Shown here: positions 18,663-29,900 of the stretch, one piece after another
How the letters are laid out: each line of letters starts with the position of its first letter
Numbering within the stretch: the stretch's first letter is position 1
Assembly (NCBI GenBank): GCA_963797555.1
Contig: CAWCPV010000016.1
Coordinates: 1 to 64,000, forward strand
Source: an uncultured Gammaproteobacteria bacterium
GTDB lineage: Bacteria > Pseudomonadota > Gammaproteobacteria > CAWCPV01
Length of the DNA: 64,000 nt
Direction: 5' to 3'
Notes under the pieces: model-generated
Told to the model about the DNA's origin: nothing
Database searches by the model: none
What the model saw: the letters and a program-made list of their open reading frames with translations, nothing else
Made by a program: the position numbers and the translations under genes

Positions 18663-21396
18663 ATGCCCGCCATGGGAGTGCGCAACCTCGACAAGATCTT
18701 CAAGCCACAGCGCATCGCGCTCATCGGTGCATGCGAGGAGTCGCATAGCCTCGGTACGAGCGTCCTTCGCAACCTGTTTAGCGCCGGCTTCCAGGGCGCC
18801 ATCTACCCAGTCGACCCGGAGCGGGAGTCGATCCAGGGCGTGCAGACGTATGGCGATCTGGTCAGCCTGCCGAGAACGCCCGATCTCGCCGTTATCTGCA
18901 GCCCAGCGGAGAAGGTGCCGGCCATCGTGCAGCAGTGCGGTGAAGCCGGCATACGCGGAATCCTGATTCTCTCGGGCGGGTTTCGCGAGTGCGGCGACCC
19001 GGGCTATGAGCTGGAGCGGCAGATCGCGGCAGTCAGCCGTCGTTTCGAGGACCTGCGCATCGTCGGGCCCAACTCTTTGGGAATCATCGGCCCGGCATTC
19101 GGCCTCAATGCCAGTCATGCCGCGACGATGCCGAAGCCCGGCCACCTCGCGTTCATCTCCCAGTCGCGTGCGCTCTGCAACTCGGTGATCGACTGGGCTG
19201 CCGAGGAGGGTATCGGGTTTTCGTATTTTGTCTCCATCGGCAACACGCTGGAACGTCGGGTGCGGAGACCTCATCGACTACTTCGGCGCCGACCCGAATA
19301 CCCGGGCCATCATCCTCTATCTGCAGTCGGTCGAGCACGCGCGCCAGTTCATGTCCGCCGCGCGGGCATTCGCTTGGAGCAAACCGATCGTCGCTTATAA
19401 GGCCGGGCGCTTCGCGGAGTCCGCCCACGTGGTCGCCTCCCACACCGGCGCACTGGTTGCCGAAGACGCCGTTTACGAAGCCGCCTTCAGACGTGCCGGC
19501 GTGGTGCGCGTCACCGAGCTTGACGACATCTTCGACGTGGCGGATCTCCTCGCGTCCCAGCGTCTGCCCCGTGGCACCAGGCTCGCCATCGTGGGGAACG
19601 CCGGAGGCCCGGCCGTCATCGCCACGGATGCGTTGCTCGCGCGCAACGGGGAGCTGGCCCGGCTCAGCGAAGGTACGTTGGCGCAGTTGAATGCTGCCCT
19701 CCCGCCGGTCGGCTCGCACGCCAATCCGGTCGATCTCCTCGATGGCGCACCGCCCGAGCGTTACGCCCAGGCCATCCCCATCGTGTTGGCGGACCCAAAT
19801 GTCGACGCCGTGCTGGTAATATTTGCCGCGCAACTGGGCAGCGACCCCTGTGGCACCGCCGAAGCCCTGGTGCAGGCCGCCAAACCTTATCGCAAACCCG
19901 TGCTGGCGGCCTGGATGGGCGGGGGCAAGGTGCATGAGGGTATCCGCATCCTCAACCAGGCCAGCATCCCCACCCACGGCACGCCGGAGCAGGCGGTGCG
20001 CGCTTTCATGCACCTCGTCTCCTATGCCCAGAACCGGGTCAGCCTCTACGAGACGCCGCGAGAGGTCCGGACGCACTTCAACGTCAAACGTCACCGGCTG
20101 CGCAAACGTCTAGCGCGGTTGCTCCAGGGGCGTTCCGGAACGCTCACCGAGCACGAGGCCAAGGTCTTGCTCAAGGCCTACGAGATCCCGGTCTGCGACG
20201 GCCGCCGTGCGCGTTCCGCAGAGGAGGCAGTCGAAGTCGCAGAGCGTATTGGCTATCCGGTCGTAGTCAAGGTGCTCTCGCCCAACGTCGTGCACAAGGT
20301 GGACATAGGAGGGGTGGCGCTGGACCTGCAAGGGCCGGAGGAAGTCCGGGCGGCCTACGAGCGGGTGGTGGCCACCGCTGAGGCTCATCTGGATCACGTC
20401 CGGGTGGAGTCGGTGTCAGTGCAGAGCATGGTACATGTCGAGCACGGTGTGGAGCTCATTCTGGGCGCCAAGAAGGACCCGACCTTCGGGATGGTGGTGA
20501 TGGTGGGCATGGGAGGTATCGCCACCGGTGTCTTTCGCGATCGCGCAGTGGACCTGCCGCCGCTCAACGAGCGGCTGGCCCGCCGTATGCTCGAGTCGTT
20601 GCGTTTCTGGCCCTTGCTCCAGGGGTACCGTGGGCGCCCCGGGGTCGACGTCGACCGGCTTATCGAGGTCATGATTCAGTTCTCCCTGCTGGTGGCCGAC
20701 CTCCCGGAGATCCGTGAGTTCGACATCAATCCGCTCCTCGTGTCCAAGGAGCGCATCGTGTGCCTCGACGCTACGGCCATTCTGGAGTCCGACACGACCC
20801 ACCTGGGGGCGGCGTCCCACCCTCATCTGGCCATCCGCCCCTACCCGGAGGAATACGTGCGGCGTGTCAGGCTGGCCGACGGCACGCCTGCCACGTTGCG
20901 CTCGGTCCGTCCGGAGGACGAGCCGCTGTGGCGGAACTTGGTCGGCAGCTCCTCGCCAGAGTCCATCCGGTTTCGATTCCGGTCGCTGTTCAAGCAACCG
21001 ACCCACCAGATGGCCATCGAGCATGTAGCTATCGACTACGAGCGGCAGATTGCCATCGTTGCCGAAACCGACGTGAGCGGCGAACGGCAGCTCATCGGTG
21101 TGGCGCAGCTCGCCTCCGACGCCGACCACGAGACCGCCGAGTATGCCGTACTGGTACCAGACCCCTGGCAGGGCAAGAGGCTCGGCGGCATGCTGCTCGA
21201 TTACTGTCTGGAGCTCGCCCGTGCTTGGGGCATTCGACGGGTGGTCGCCGAGACCGACCCACAAAATACGCGCATGATAGACTCCTTCCTCAAGCGTGGC
21301 TTCACCGCCGATGTCAGGCGCGACGAGGACGTGGTGCTGCTGGAACGCAGGCTCTATGCGGCTCGAGCGAGCGCTGCGGCGTTGCCGGTGGCTTGA
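18663..21396 (+). pseudogene. Pat/Pka-type acetate-CoA ligase-like / GNAT protein acetyltransferase, frameshifted near 19252
   Basis: CoA-binding domain and VGPNSLG in ORF 18663. ASHTGAL, NPVDL, ATP-grasp HKVDIGGV and C-terminal GNAT in ORF 19228. One extra A (CTG GAAC GTC instead of CTG GAC GTC) separates them. Confidence 0.88.
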
Positions 21397-21417
21397 TACC
21401 CAGGACGACTGCCTTTT

Positions 21418-21879
21418 TCAGTCGCAGTAGGCATCGATTTGTTCCTTGGCGGACTCTATTTGTGCCGCCCGCACCTTGTCGTCAAGAAACACCTCCTCAC
21501 CCTTCTCGTTGAGAAAATACACGGGCCGCTGTTGTTGCAAGACATAAAGATTCTGGCGGGCTCGCATGCAACGCCTCTTTCTTTCAGCGGCTACTTGTTG
21601 CTTCTGTGCCTTTGCTTTACGCTGCGTCTCTTCGGACCGCCTCTGGATTTCTTCACCGCGTCTTTGTTGTTCCAAGAGTTGATCCAGACTTTCTTGGGAG
21701 TGTCTCGTTTGTTCTTTGCTAGGTCTTGGTGCTAGCTGAATCTCCTGAGAGTTGCTCTCGGGCGGCGGCGTTTCTCCGTAATGGACCTTGCCCTCGGAGT
21801 CCACCCATTTGTAAATTCCGGCGGCAGAGGCTCCTCCAAGAAGAAAAGACAACGCTAGAGTTGCAAGAAGTTTCACCAT
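21418..21879 (-). CDS. DUF4124-domain secreted protein
   Basis: Signal peptide then IYKWVDSEGKVHYGETPP; two C-terminal Cys. Confidence 0.88.
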   Translation of the reverse strand: MVKLLATLALSFLLGGASAAGIYKWVDSEGKVHYGETPPPESNSQEIQLAPRPSKEQTRHSQESLDQLLEQQRRGEEIQRRSEETQRKAKAQKQQVAAERKRRCMRARQNLYVLQQQRPVYFLNEKGEEVFLDDKVRAAQIESAKEQIDAYCD

Positions 21880-22465
21880 ATGCTGAATCCGTCCAACCTG
21901 GATTGAGGCGATCCCCCATGGGGCGAAGTGCTGAAAGTGGCCACCTTGCCCGAGCAGATGCCTGCTGACACTCGCACTATCTGACCTGACCACGCATGGA
22001 AGACGCTGGCGATATCCGTTGCCCTTCGGAGTCTCCTATGGCTGCCTCGAGGCCGATTACCGGGCTGGCGTTTCACCCGGGCCTATTTTCCGAGACCGGC
22101 CGGCGTGCGGTCAATGACTTCCATCACGCGACGGAAGATATCGCTCTGCTGCAGGTCTCTGCTCTCGACGTTAAGACGCTGACGGTCTCCACGCCTTCGC
22201 CGGCACGGGTGAGGGTGGTGGCGGATTTCTTCAGTGAAGGTTGGTAGAGAGACCCAGTGGACCTCAGGGGGAGTTGGGCGTGCCGGGCCGTGACACCCAT
22301 CTCGTCGTTCCGCGCACAGTGAGCATACCGAATGCCGGAGCAGGGACGCCGAGCTATTCAGTCCGCGGGCCTCTGCCTTCCGGCTTCCGATCCGGAATGA
22401 CCGTATCCGCCACCGCTCACCCGCCAAAGTCGCCTCGCCACCCGCCACGCTGTACAAGGATTTTA

Positions 22466-23697
22466 GGGCACCTCGAATAATTGGTTTTGGCGCCGGTCGG
22501 TCCCTCACGGACGAGAGAATTGGGTCAAAGCGAGTGGATTTTGAGGGGTTTTGGGAGATCTCCCGTCCCCTTCCGACCGCCGGCCGGAGGCTGCGGCGGT
22601 CCTCAGGCCGGCGCCGGCATCGGACCTTTACCGCCTGAGCTGACCAGGTAGCTCAGCCGGGGCATGTTGTAGACGAGATTCATGAGCCCTATCTTGGCCC
22701 TCGCACGCACCCCTCCGATGGTTCGCACGAGCTTGCCGCCTTGCTCGTTGTGCTGGGAGCCGAAGACATGCTCGACGCGCACCCGGATGCTTGAGCGGCG
22801 CCGGTTGAGCGCTTGCTGGTACACGCTGAGCGCCTTGTGGCGGTGACCCCGGCGGTGAATCCGGCTCCTGAGCCCCTTCTTACGCAGCAGCCGCTCGGTC
22901 TCCTCGGAGCGGTAGGCGCTGTCGGCCCAGACCTCGGTGCTGGTGTTGGCGCGATCGAGCAGCGGCTCGAAGACCTACCTGCGCACCCGCTTGTGGGCAG
23001 CGTCCACGCTCACGTGGTTCTTGTACCCGTAATAGCTCTTGCCATGTTTCTTGGTCCAGCGCGCCTCGGTGTCCTTTTGACGAAGCTTGGCGGGCTTGTC
23101 CTTCCAGGCCTCGGGCGTCTCGCCCCGCTTGAGGGCATCGTTCTCTTCCCGGCTGTTGCGCTGCTCGGGGGCCGAGACGATGCTCGCATCGATGATCTGT
23201 CCCTTGCGGGCGATGAACCCCCGCCGCTCGATCTGCTGGTTGAAGGCCCGAAACAGCTCTTGCACGGCGTTCTCCTTCGCCAGCGCCTCGCGAAACAGCC
23301 ACGCCGTGGTAGCATCGGGCACCCGGTCCTCGGGCAACAGCCCCAGGAATCGGCTGAAGGAGTATCGGTCCCGAATCTGGTACTCGACGCTCTCGTCACT
23401 CACGTTGTACAGGTGCTGCAGAACGAGCACCTTGAACATGAGCACAGCATCGTAGGGCTTGCGCCCCGCGTTGCTCTTGCGCGGCCTGTCCCGCAAGCAC
23501 TCAAGCCGGGGGCGAAAACCCTCCCAGTCAACCACCTGCCGGATGTGCACCAGGGGGTCACCGAGCCGGCTCAGACGCTCATAGCGCTCATCGAGGTCGA
23601 AGAATCCGGGCTGGGGCATCGCTCTGTTCCTCATCGGCCACGAACTGGCGCCAGTCTACCGGGCAGCTGCCCGCCGCGCCAATTTTTCGAGGTGCCC
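22466..23697 (-). mobile_element. IS5-family element with disrupted transposase
   Basis: Terminal inverted repeats GGGCACCTCGAA / TTCGAGGTGCCC, with TTTA on both flanks as target duplication. IIDASIV, YGYKNHV and RVRVEHVFG motifs; short internal deletion or frameshift near 22975. Confidence 0.92.
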
Positions 23698-23944
23698 TTT
23701 AGTCCTTGAGAGGACCTTCCTCTTGCTCACCCTGCCTGCACTGCGAGAAACTACCCGCGCATCGGCATCGCAAGGCGGCTCCTTACCCGCTGCAGGGGGC
23801 GAAGTTCGAAAGCCGATGACACTAGGTGAGGAGAGCATCATGAGTTCCCTTTGGAGCCCGCAGTACCGGGAGATACCGCCCCACGGTCGCGGCAAGAGTG
23901 CACGCCACCCTGTGCCCACGTCTGTGTGGGAGGTCCGGAGCACA

Positions 23945-25294
23945 GTGAGAAATCGACCGCGCTCGTTGTTCTCGCGCCTGGTCCGTAAGGGCAAGGCCGT
24001 GCTCCTTCTGGCGTGGCCGCTCGTATCCCAGGGAGCCCTATTCCCGTTGCAGCCCGGGGAGGACGTTGTGGGACGCCTCGGGACGCTGTCCGCGCGTTAC
24101 GACGATACGCTCTCGGACATCGCGCGCCGTTACGATCTTGGCTACGACCAGATCGCGCACCTCAACCCGAATGTCGATCCTTGGCTTCCCGGAAACGGCA
24201 CCAAGATACTTCTGCCGACCGCGTTCGTGCTGCCCGACGCCCCCCGCAGCGGCGTCGTGCTGAACGTTCCGGAGATGCGCCTGTACTACTATCCGCGCTC
24301 GAAAGCCGGGCAGGTGATGCAAGTCTTGACCTACCCAGTCGGGATCGGCCGTGAAGGGTGGAGCACCCCTGTCGGCAATACCCGAATAGTGGCCAAGGTG
24401 CCGAACCCGAGCTGGACTCCGCCCAAGTCCGTGCGAGCGGAGCACGCCGCAGAGGGCGATCCTCTTCCGGAAGTGGTGCCACCCGGCCCGGACAACCCAC
24501 TCGGACAATATGCCCTGCGCTTGGCGCTCCCCGGCGTTCTGATTCACGGCACGAACAAGCCCTATGGGACCGGGATGCGGGTAAGCCACGGCTGCATCCG
24601 CCTTTACCCCGAGGACATTGAGCAACTGTTCCAGCGCGTCCCCGTGAATACCCCGGTGCACATCGTCGATCAACCCTACAAGGCAGGATGGAAAGACGGC
24701 GTTCTCTATCTGGAAGCGCACGCGCCCTTCCAGGAGCACGTGGAAAAGCCGCAGGGCGACACCGACTCGCTGCTGCAGCAGGTTCTGGCTGCAGCCGTCC
24801 GGGGGCGGACCCAAACCGTGGACTGGGACCGCGCCCGCCAAGTCGCAGCGGAGGCCCTTGGCGTCCCCATACCTATCTCCGCAGGGGCGCCGTCCCCCCG
24901 CAAAGTGTTGGCCCAGCCAACCTTACAGATTGCCCAAGCCCCGCCTCAGGCGATGGGAGAAGCCAGCACCCAATGGTGGGTCGAGGCGGGAGAGTTCCGC
25001 GAGAGGGATCCCGCGGAACGAGCAGCCTCGAAGCTGCGTCAACATTTGCCCCCGGTGCCGGCATGGTCCGCCCTGCACGAAGGCGCCTACCGGGTCGCAG
25101 CGGGACCGTTCAACGACAGATCCGAAGCCGACACGGCCGCCCGTCGCATTCGCGAACGGCTGCGAATCAAGACCCGCCTGCTGTTCCGGAAACCGAGGGG
25201 ACCGGTGGTCCTGCCCCCAGCCCAGAGTCCGGCCCGCGCTCCACTGTCAATTACACCAATTACACCGGCACCTTCCACGGCCTTGGCTCGCTGA
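23945..25294 (+). CDS. L,D-transpeptidase (ErfK/YbiS-like) with LysM-like and C-terminal SPOR domains
   Basis: NPNVDPWLP, LIHGTN...VSHGCIRL catalytic motif; C-terminal WVEAGEF...YRVAAGPF. Start codon uncertain. Confidence 0.88.
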   Translation: MRNRPRSLFSRLVRKGKAVLLLAWPLVSQGALFPLQPGEDVVGRLGTLSARYDDTLSDIARRYDLGYDQIAHLNPNVDPWLPGNGTKILLPTAFVLPDAPRSGVVLNVPEMRLYYYPRSKAGQVMQVLTYPVGIGREGWSTPVGNTRIVAKVPNPSWTPPKSVRAEHAAEGDPLPEVVPPGPDNPLGQYALRLALPGVLIHGTNKPYGTGMRVSHGCIRLYPEDIEQLFQRVPVNTPVHIVDQPYKAGWKDGVLYLEAHAPFQEHVEKPQGDTDSLLQQVLAAAVRGRTQTVDWDRARQVAAEALGVPIPISAGAPSPRKVLAQPTLQIAQAPPQAMGEASTQWWVEAGEFRERDPAERAASKLRQHLPPVPAWSALHEGAYRVAAGPFNDRSEADTAARRIRERLRIKTRLLFRKPRGPVVLPPAQSPARAPLSITPITPAPSTALAR

Positions 25295-25467
25295 GACCCT
25301 GATGTGCGGGATGCGGGTTGAGGTCGTAATCATCACAGCGCCTCGCACCAAGTCTTGATCTTCTGGGCATGAGCTTCCGGCGCACCCAGGAAGCCATGAA
25401 CTGGAAATGGGGCCGGCACGCATTGTTCTGTCGCCAGAAATTGAACGTGCGCACCGTCTCTCACCAG

Positions 25468-26115
25468 CTAAGCAGCAAGCTTCTTCTGGATGGCGTCGAT
25501 GACGGCTTCGCTGGACGTCGCGCGGACAGTGACCAGCATCCCTTCCTTTTCATAGAAACCGACGAGAGGCGCGGTCTTCTTGTTGTAGGTCTCGAGGCGA
25601 TGGCTGATGGCCTCTTCGGTTTCGTCTTCGCGTTGGACGACCGGGCTGCCGCACTTGTCGCAGACACCTTCCTTCTTCGGGGGCTGACTCTTGACGTTGT
25701 AGATGGCCTGGCACTCGGGGTTGGAGCAGGTACGGCGGGTGGTGAGGCGGTCGAGGATGACCTCCCGAGCCACGTCGATGTTCACCGCCATATCGAGCTT
25801 GATGCCGAGCCTGGCCAGCAGGGCCTTCAGGGCCACGGCCTGCGGGATGGTGCGGGGGAAGCCGTCGAGGAGGAACCCCTTCTGACAATCGGGCTCCTGC
25901 AGCCGCTTCTCCATGATCCCCATGATGAGGTCATCGGGGACGAGATCCCCGCGCTTCATATACGCCTCGGCCTGCTTCCCGAGATCAGTCCCGGCCTGCA
26001 CGGCACCACGCAGGATGTCTCCCGTCGAGATCTGCACCGAGCCGTCCATCTGCGTCAGTAGCTTGGCCACCGTACCCTTGCCCGCACCCGGGGCTCCCAA
26101 CAGAATCAGCCGCAT
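25468..26115 (-). CDS. adk: Adenylate kinase (four-Cys zinc-type LID)
   Basis: GAPGAGKGT P-loop, STGDILR, LDGFPRT and LID CSNPEC...CDKC. Confidence 0.96.
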   Translation of the reverse strand: MRLILLGAPGAGKGTVAKLLTQMDGSVQISTGDILRGAVQAGTDLGKQAEAYMKRGDLVPDDLIMGIMEKRLQEPDCQKGFLLDGFPRTIPQAVALKALLARLGIKLDMAVNIDVAREVILDRLTTRRTCSNPECQAIYNVKSQPPKKEGVCDKCGSPVVQREDETEEAISHRLETYNKKTAPLVGFYEKEGMLVTVRATSSEAVIDAIQKKLAA

Positions 26116-26385
26116 CGTGTTCCCCTCTCAGGTCAATGGAACAAGCCCGCGTCCGGCGGGAGCTGTTACCCACCAGCCGAAGACCAAAGCCATGTATTTT
26201 GCCCATTGGAAGCCGCGGAGGTCAACGAACAGGTGCGTTTTGCCGCAGCAGCGAAGTAGCTATCGCGCCAAGCCTACGGTGCCGGCCGCATTCGCGGGGA
26301 CCGAGGGGGGACCGCGCAGCCTGCGCTCTGCCCTCATGTGGACATGATCGAGGCCGGTGAGGTTACGCCTCAGATTTAATCCCGC

Positions 26386-26787
26386 CTACGTTAGCTTGAT
26401 CTTACCGCCGCGCGGGATCCCCGCCGCCCCGCCGAGCCCCCCCTGTCGCACGTCCGGGACCACGATAGACGACGCCGCCTGGCGACGCAGTTGATTCAAC
26501 TCCTCGACGGTTCGGTCGACCGCGACCTTGGCCGCCGCGGCGAATTCCTTGAGTGCTTCCTCGAGCGAACGCGCGTCGATTTCAAACGTCAGCGGCACCG
26601 CACCGACTGGCGTGAGGAGCTGGGCCTGACCGACGTAAATCACCTTTCTCCTCACGTCCGTCGAGCCGTCGACCCTGACAGGCGTCAGCCGACGGATTGT
26701 GGCCAGTTTGCGGTCGGTGAAGGTCTCCTCGCGGAACAGGTCCGCGGGATCCATCTTGAGATCTGTCGCCGAGTTGCCGAGATCCAT
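26386..26787 (-). CDS. Conserved hypothetical cytoplasmic protein
   Basis: RBS AGGAGG; protein-like ORF LFREETFTDRK...GGKIKL. Confidence 0.75.
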   Translation of the reverse strand: MDLGNSATDLKMDPADLFREETFTDRKLATIRRLTPVRVDGSTDVRRKVIYVGQAQLLTPVGAVPLTFEIDARSLEEALKEFAAAAKVAVDRTVEELNQLRRQAASSIVVPDVRQGGLGGAAGIPRGGKIKLT

Positions 26788-26939
26788 GCTGTTGTCGCCT
26801 CCTACGCGAGGGTCACTGTATTCCAAGGAGCGCCTCTCCCAGACGTGGACGGCGCTGGACACTGGGCATCCAATGCCTCAGTGTTCGTGTCTTTCGCCCT
26901 CTTGCCGGTTTTCCGACTCAGGGAACAAGAGACGGCTCA

Positions 26940-27154
26940 GAGCTTGTGAAGAAATCGTCGCGAGCGGCCCGAGAGCAAGGCGCACGGAGCGCAGCGACGA
27001 GACATATCAAGTAGATGGGCGAGGAGCGACCGAATGGCAGGAAAGCCATTCGGCACGTCCGCGCGACGCCCCGAAGGGGTGGCGTACAGGAGGTACGCCA
27101 TGAACACCGCGCAACGCAGCTATCGGGACGCGCAGCAGATTTATTCACAAGCTC
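26940..27154. mobile_element. MITE (215 bp), probably IS5-family related
   Basis: 17-bp terminal inverted repeats GAGCTTGTGAAGAAATC / GATTTATTCACAAGCTC, one mismatch; TCA on both flanks; no transposase; second partial copy near 4.6 kb. Confidence 0.85.
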
Positions 27155-27813
27155 TCAGTTTTCCGGACTCCCCCCACAGTATAAAGGCGGTCCGGGCAGA
27201 GGGCACAGCCATGCGAGACCTCCCTCACCCCCCGAGCGTTGCGTCCCTGGGTGGTGGATCGCAGCCGCCGATTTTCCGAGGAGCGCCAAGGGTCAGCGGC
27301 GTCCGTCCCCGGCTTGCGCGGCCAATCCACGGGATACCGCTCGGTCTGCGCCGACGACCTCAGCGAGCATCCTCCAGCCACGAAGGCCACCGATGAACAG
27401 TCCGGGGTGAAGATTCCTGCCGAGGATGGACGCGAGGCATCGAAGGCGGGTGTTGAGTATGCGACAAGTTGTCATCTAAACTTGACAATATGAGCAGAGA
27501 GAGCCGCTACCCATCCGATAAAGACCCCCCGCGTGTGTCTGCGCGTACCCGAAGGCTGCCCGGCGCATCTGCAGGTGGCTGAGAACATGAAGGCGTGGGC
27601 AGAGGAATTGATCCGAACGGTCGAGCGCCTGGATGCGCGACAGGCCGCCCTGAGACCAATCGAGCCGCCGCCGCCGAGCTATGAACAGGCGCTCAAAGCG
27701 TTACCGCAGGGAGTGCAGGAGTGGGTGGCTACCTATGAGCGAGCCCCAGAGAGCAAAACGCGAGGCAGCGAAGATATTCTCGGCCAGGAGGGAGAACGGG
27801 AGGGAAATCGGAC

Positions 27814-28179
27814 GTGAAACGAAGGAAGCCATTCGCGCGGCGGCGCCAAGCGTTGGCGCTGGGGTTTGCCGCGGCCTTTGCATCTTCGGCGCAAGCGGCG
27901 CAATGCCAATTAAATGGCGTCTGGTACGACTATGGCAGTCCGGAATGCAGCGGCTCGCAGCCGGCGATCAATCCAAGCCCCGAGAGGCAGGAAAATGGTG
28001 CCGGGAAAGAAAATGGCGGACTTCGCGTGAATCGCTTTTACGGGAGTCGAGCGGGTATTACCGCACGTCATTTCGACCGACAAGACAACACTAGCGAAAT
28101 GCGTCGTCTACGTGCCGGACGGCGAGCCGGTTGCTGCGCGGGTGTCCAGAATATCGCCCCCGGCTCGAAGACGTCATAA
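27814..28179 (+). CDS. Hypothetical secreted protein, possibly degraded
   Basis: Signal-peptide-like N-terminus followed by CQLNGVWYDYGSPEC. Confidence 0.35.
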   Translation: MKRRKPFARRRQALALGFAAAFASSAQAAQCQLNGVWYDYGSPECSGSQPAINPSPERQENGAGKENGGLRVNRFYGSRAGITARHFDRQDNTSEMRRLRAGRRAGCCAGVQNIAPGSKTS

Positions 28180-28994
28180 TACGAACGACGGTGCCGTCAG
28201 TAGTGCTGGTGCGTTCTTCCCGGCAAGTAAAACGCAGATGAGGGAGGGGCGGGTGTGCCCGCCGAGCCGTCAACAAGCGTTACCGCCGCCCGGTGCGCCG
28301 GTCCCTTGAATCTGCTGACCCGGGCTGCGCCGGCCCCGAGCGCTCACGACGCGAGTGACTAGGTCTCGACCCACGCTCGGGCTCACGTCACTGTGCCATG
28401 ACGCGCTGGAGACCCGACCATCCCGGTAGAGGTTCAGGAGCAGCCACCCTTGAACCGCGTCGCCGCCGACCATCACCCTACGCGGTCTCTGCTGCACAAT
28501 CACGAACGCAGCACGCGCGGTGGTCCAGAACAAGGCCGCGGCGGTCCACGCCGACCAGGCCGGAGAAGCTGCAGTTCCCAGCAGCAATAGCCAGGGCTAC
28601 CAGGCCGCAATCGAGAGCTAAGTACTTCGCCAGGGCCATCGCCGACGAGGTATACCTCAGCGTCGCGGCGGCCGGTAACCGACGCCCGAAGACGGTGGTC
28701 GTGGTTCGGCCCCCGGTGTCAGTTGGCGAGCAATCCCTGAAACAGCGCTGCGCTCTCCCCCGCGCTGAAGGCGTGACGGTACAGCCGCAGCTCACCGTCG
28801 CGTATGTCCAGCCGCTGAACGGAGACCTCGGCCCCCCAATGCTGAAGCCCTCGCGGAGCTGTCGCGGTTTGTCGCAGAGTTCACGTGGATGATCGCCGCG
28901 CGCTCGCATCCGGGACGCCAGGAGGAACCATCATCGGCGTCGCTCACCGCGCCCAGGTCCCATCCGCCGGAGCCGGCATCCCGACAGCCGCGCA

Positions 28995-29900
28995 TCATCC
29001 GGCCCCCAGCATCGCCAGCAGGGGGGTCAGCGTGAGCGGGCTCAGGATCGTGGTGAAGAACACCACCGAGGTCGCGAAGGCGGGTTCCACGTCATACTGC
29101 GTGGCGAGCACGATGCAGACGACCGCGGACGGCATAGCCGACTGGAGGACGGCCGCTTGGTGTGCCGGCCCATCCAGACCCACGAGACGCGCGAGCAGCA
29201 TCCCCCACAGCGGCCCCCCGATGAGACGGATGCCTGCGGCCGCGACGAGCGGAACGAGCGGCGTGCCGAGCCCTTTCCCGTGGAGCTGCATCCCCAGGAT
29301 GATGAGGAAGGCCGGGATGCATGCCTTCCCAAGCAGGTCGACCGTCCGGGCCAGCGGAAACGGCAGGCTCCAGCCCGTTTGGACGGCGACGACCGCAAGG
29401 AGCACCGCCCAGATGGCAGGCACCTTGAAGACGCCTCGCAACGCATCGGCGAGGCTCGCGCGTCCCAGAGACGCGAGAAACACGCCGGCCGTGTACGTCA
29501 CGATCGCAGCGGTGACGAAGAACACGGTAGCTTGAGCGAGCCCTTTCTCCCCAAAGGCGAAGAGGTTTGCCGACAGGCCGATGTTGCCGGCATTGGGAAG
29601 GAGGACGACCAACACCACGGCCGCGGTCAACGGGCGCGGCCAGCGCCGCCACCAGGCGACGATGGCGGCCAGCGCCGCCAGACCGGAAAGGCTTATGAGG
29701 GTGAACACGACCATGCGAAGCACAGCATCCGCCGGCAGAGCGGTGGCGACGATGGCGTCGTAGACCAGGCATGGGGAGAGCACCAAGAACGCCACCTGCG
29801 CGAGCGGGCGCACGTCGACCTGGAGCCTTGCCGCCAATACATAGCCAGCCGCCGCAGCGAGGAAGATGGGCAGCAGATTGTCGGCGAAGACGGTCAGCAT
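28995..29900 (-). CDS. AEC (auxin efflux carrier) family transporter
   Basis: About 10 TM helices; PNAGNIGL and QSAMPSAV motifs. Confidence 0.9.
   Translation of the reverse strand: MLTVFADNLLPIFLAAAAGYVLAARLQVDVRPLAQVAFLVLSPCLVYDAIVATALPADAVLRMVVFTLISLSGLAALAAIVAWWRRWPRPLTAAVVLVVLLPNAGNIGLSANLFAFGEKGLAQATVFFVTAAIVTYTAGVFLASLGRASLADALRGVFKVPAIWAVLLAVVAVQTGWSLPFPLARTVDLLGKACIPAFLIILGMQLHGKGLGTPLVPLVAAAGIRLIGGPLWGMLLARLVGLDGPAHQAAVLQSAMPSAVVCIVLATQYDVEPAFATSVVFFTTILSPLTLTPLLAMLGAG

Noticed and set aside
19240-19260. Programmed ribosomal frameshift in the Pat-like gene
   Set aside because: No slippery heptamer; a single extra A explains it.
28270-28909. Possible membrane protein gene on the minus strand
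   Set aside because: Fragmented hydrophobic stretches in different frames; no family recognised.
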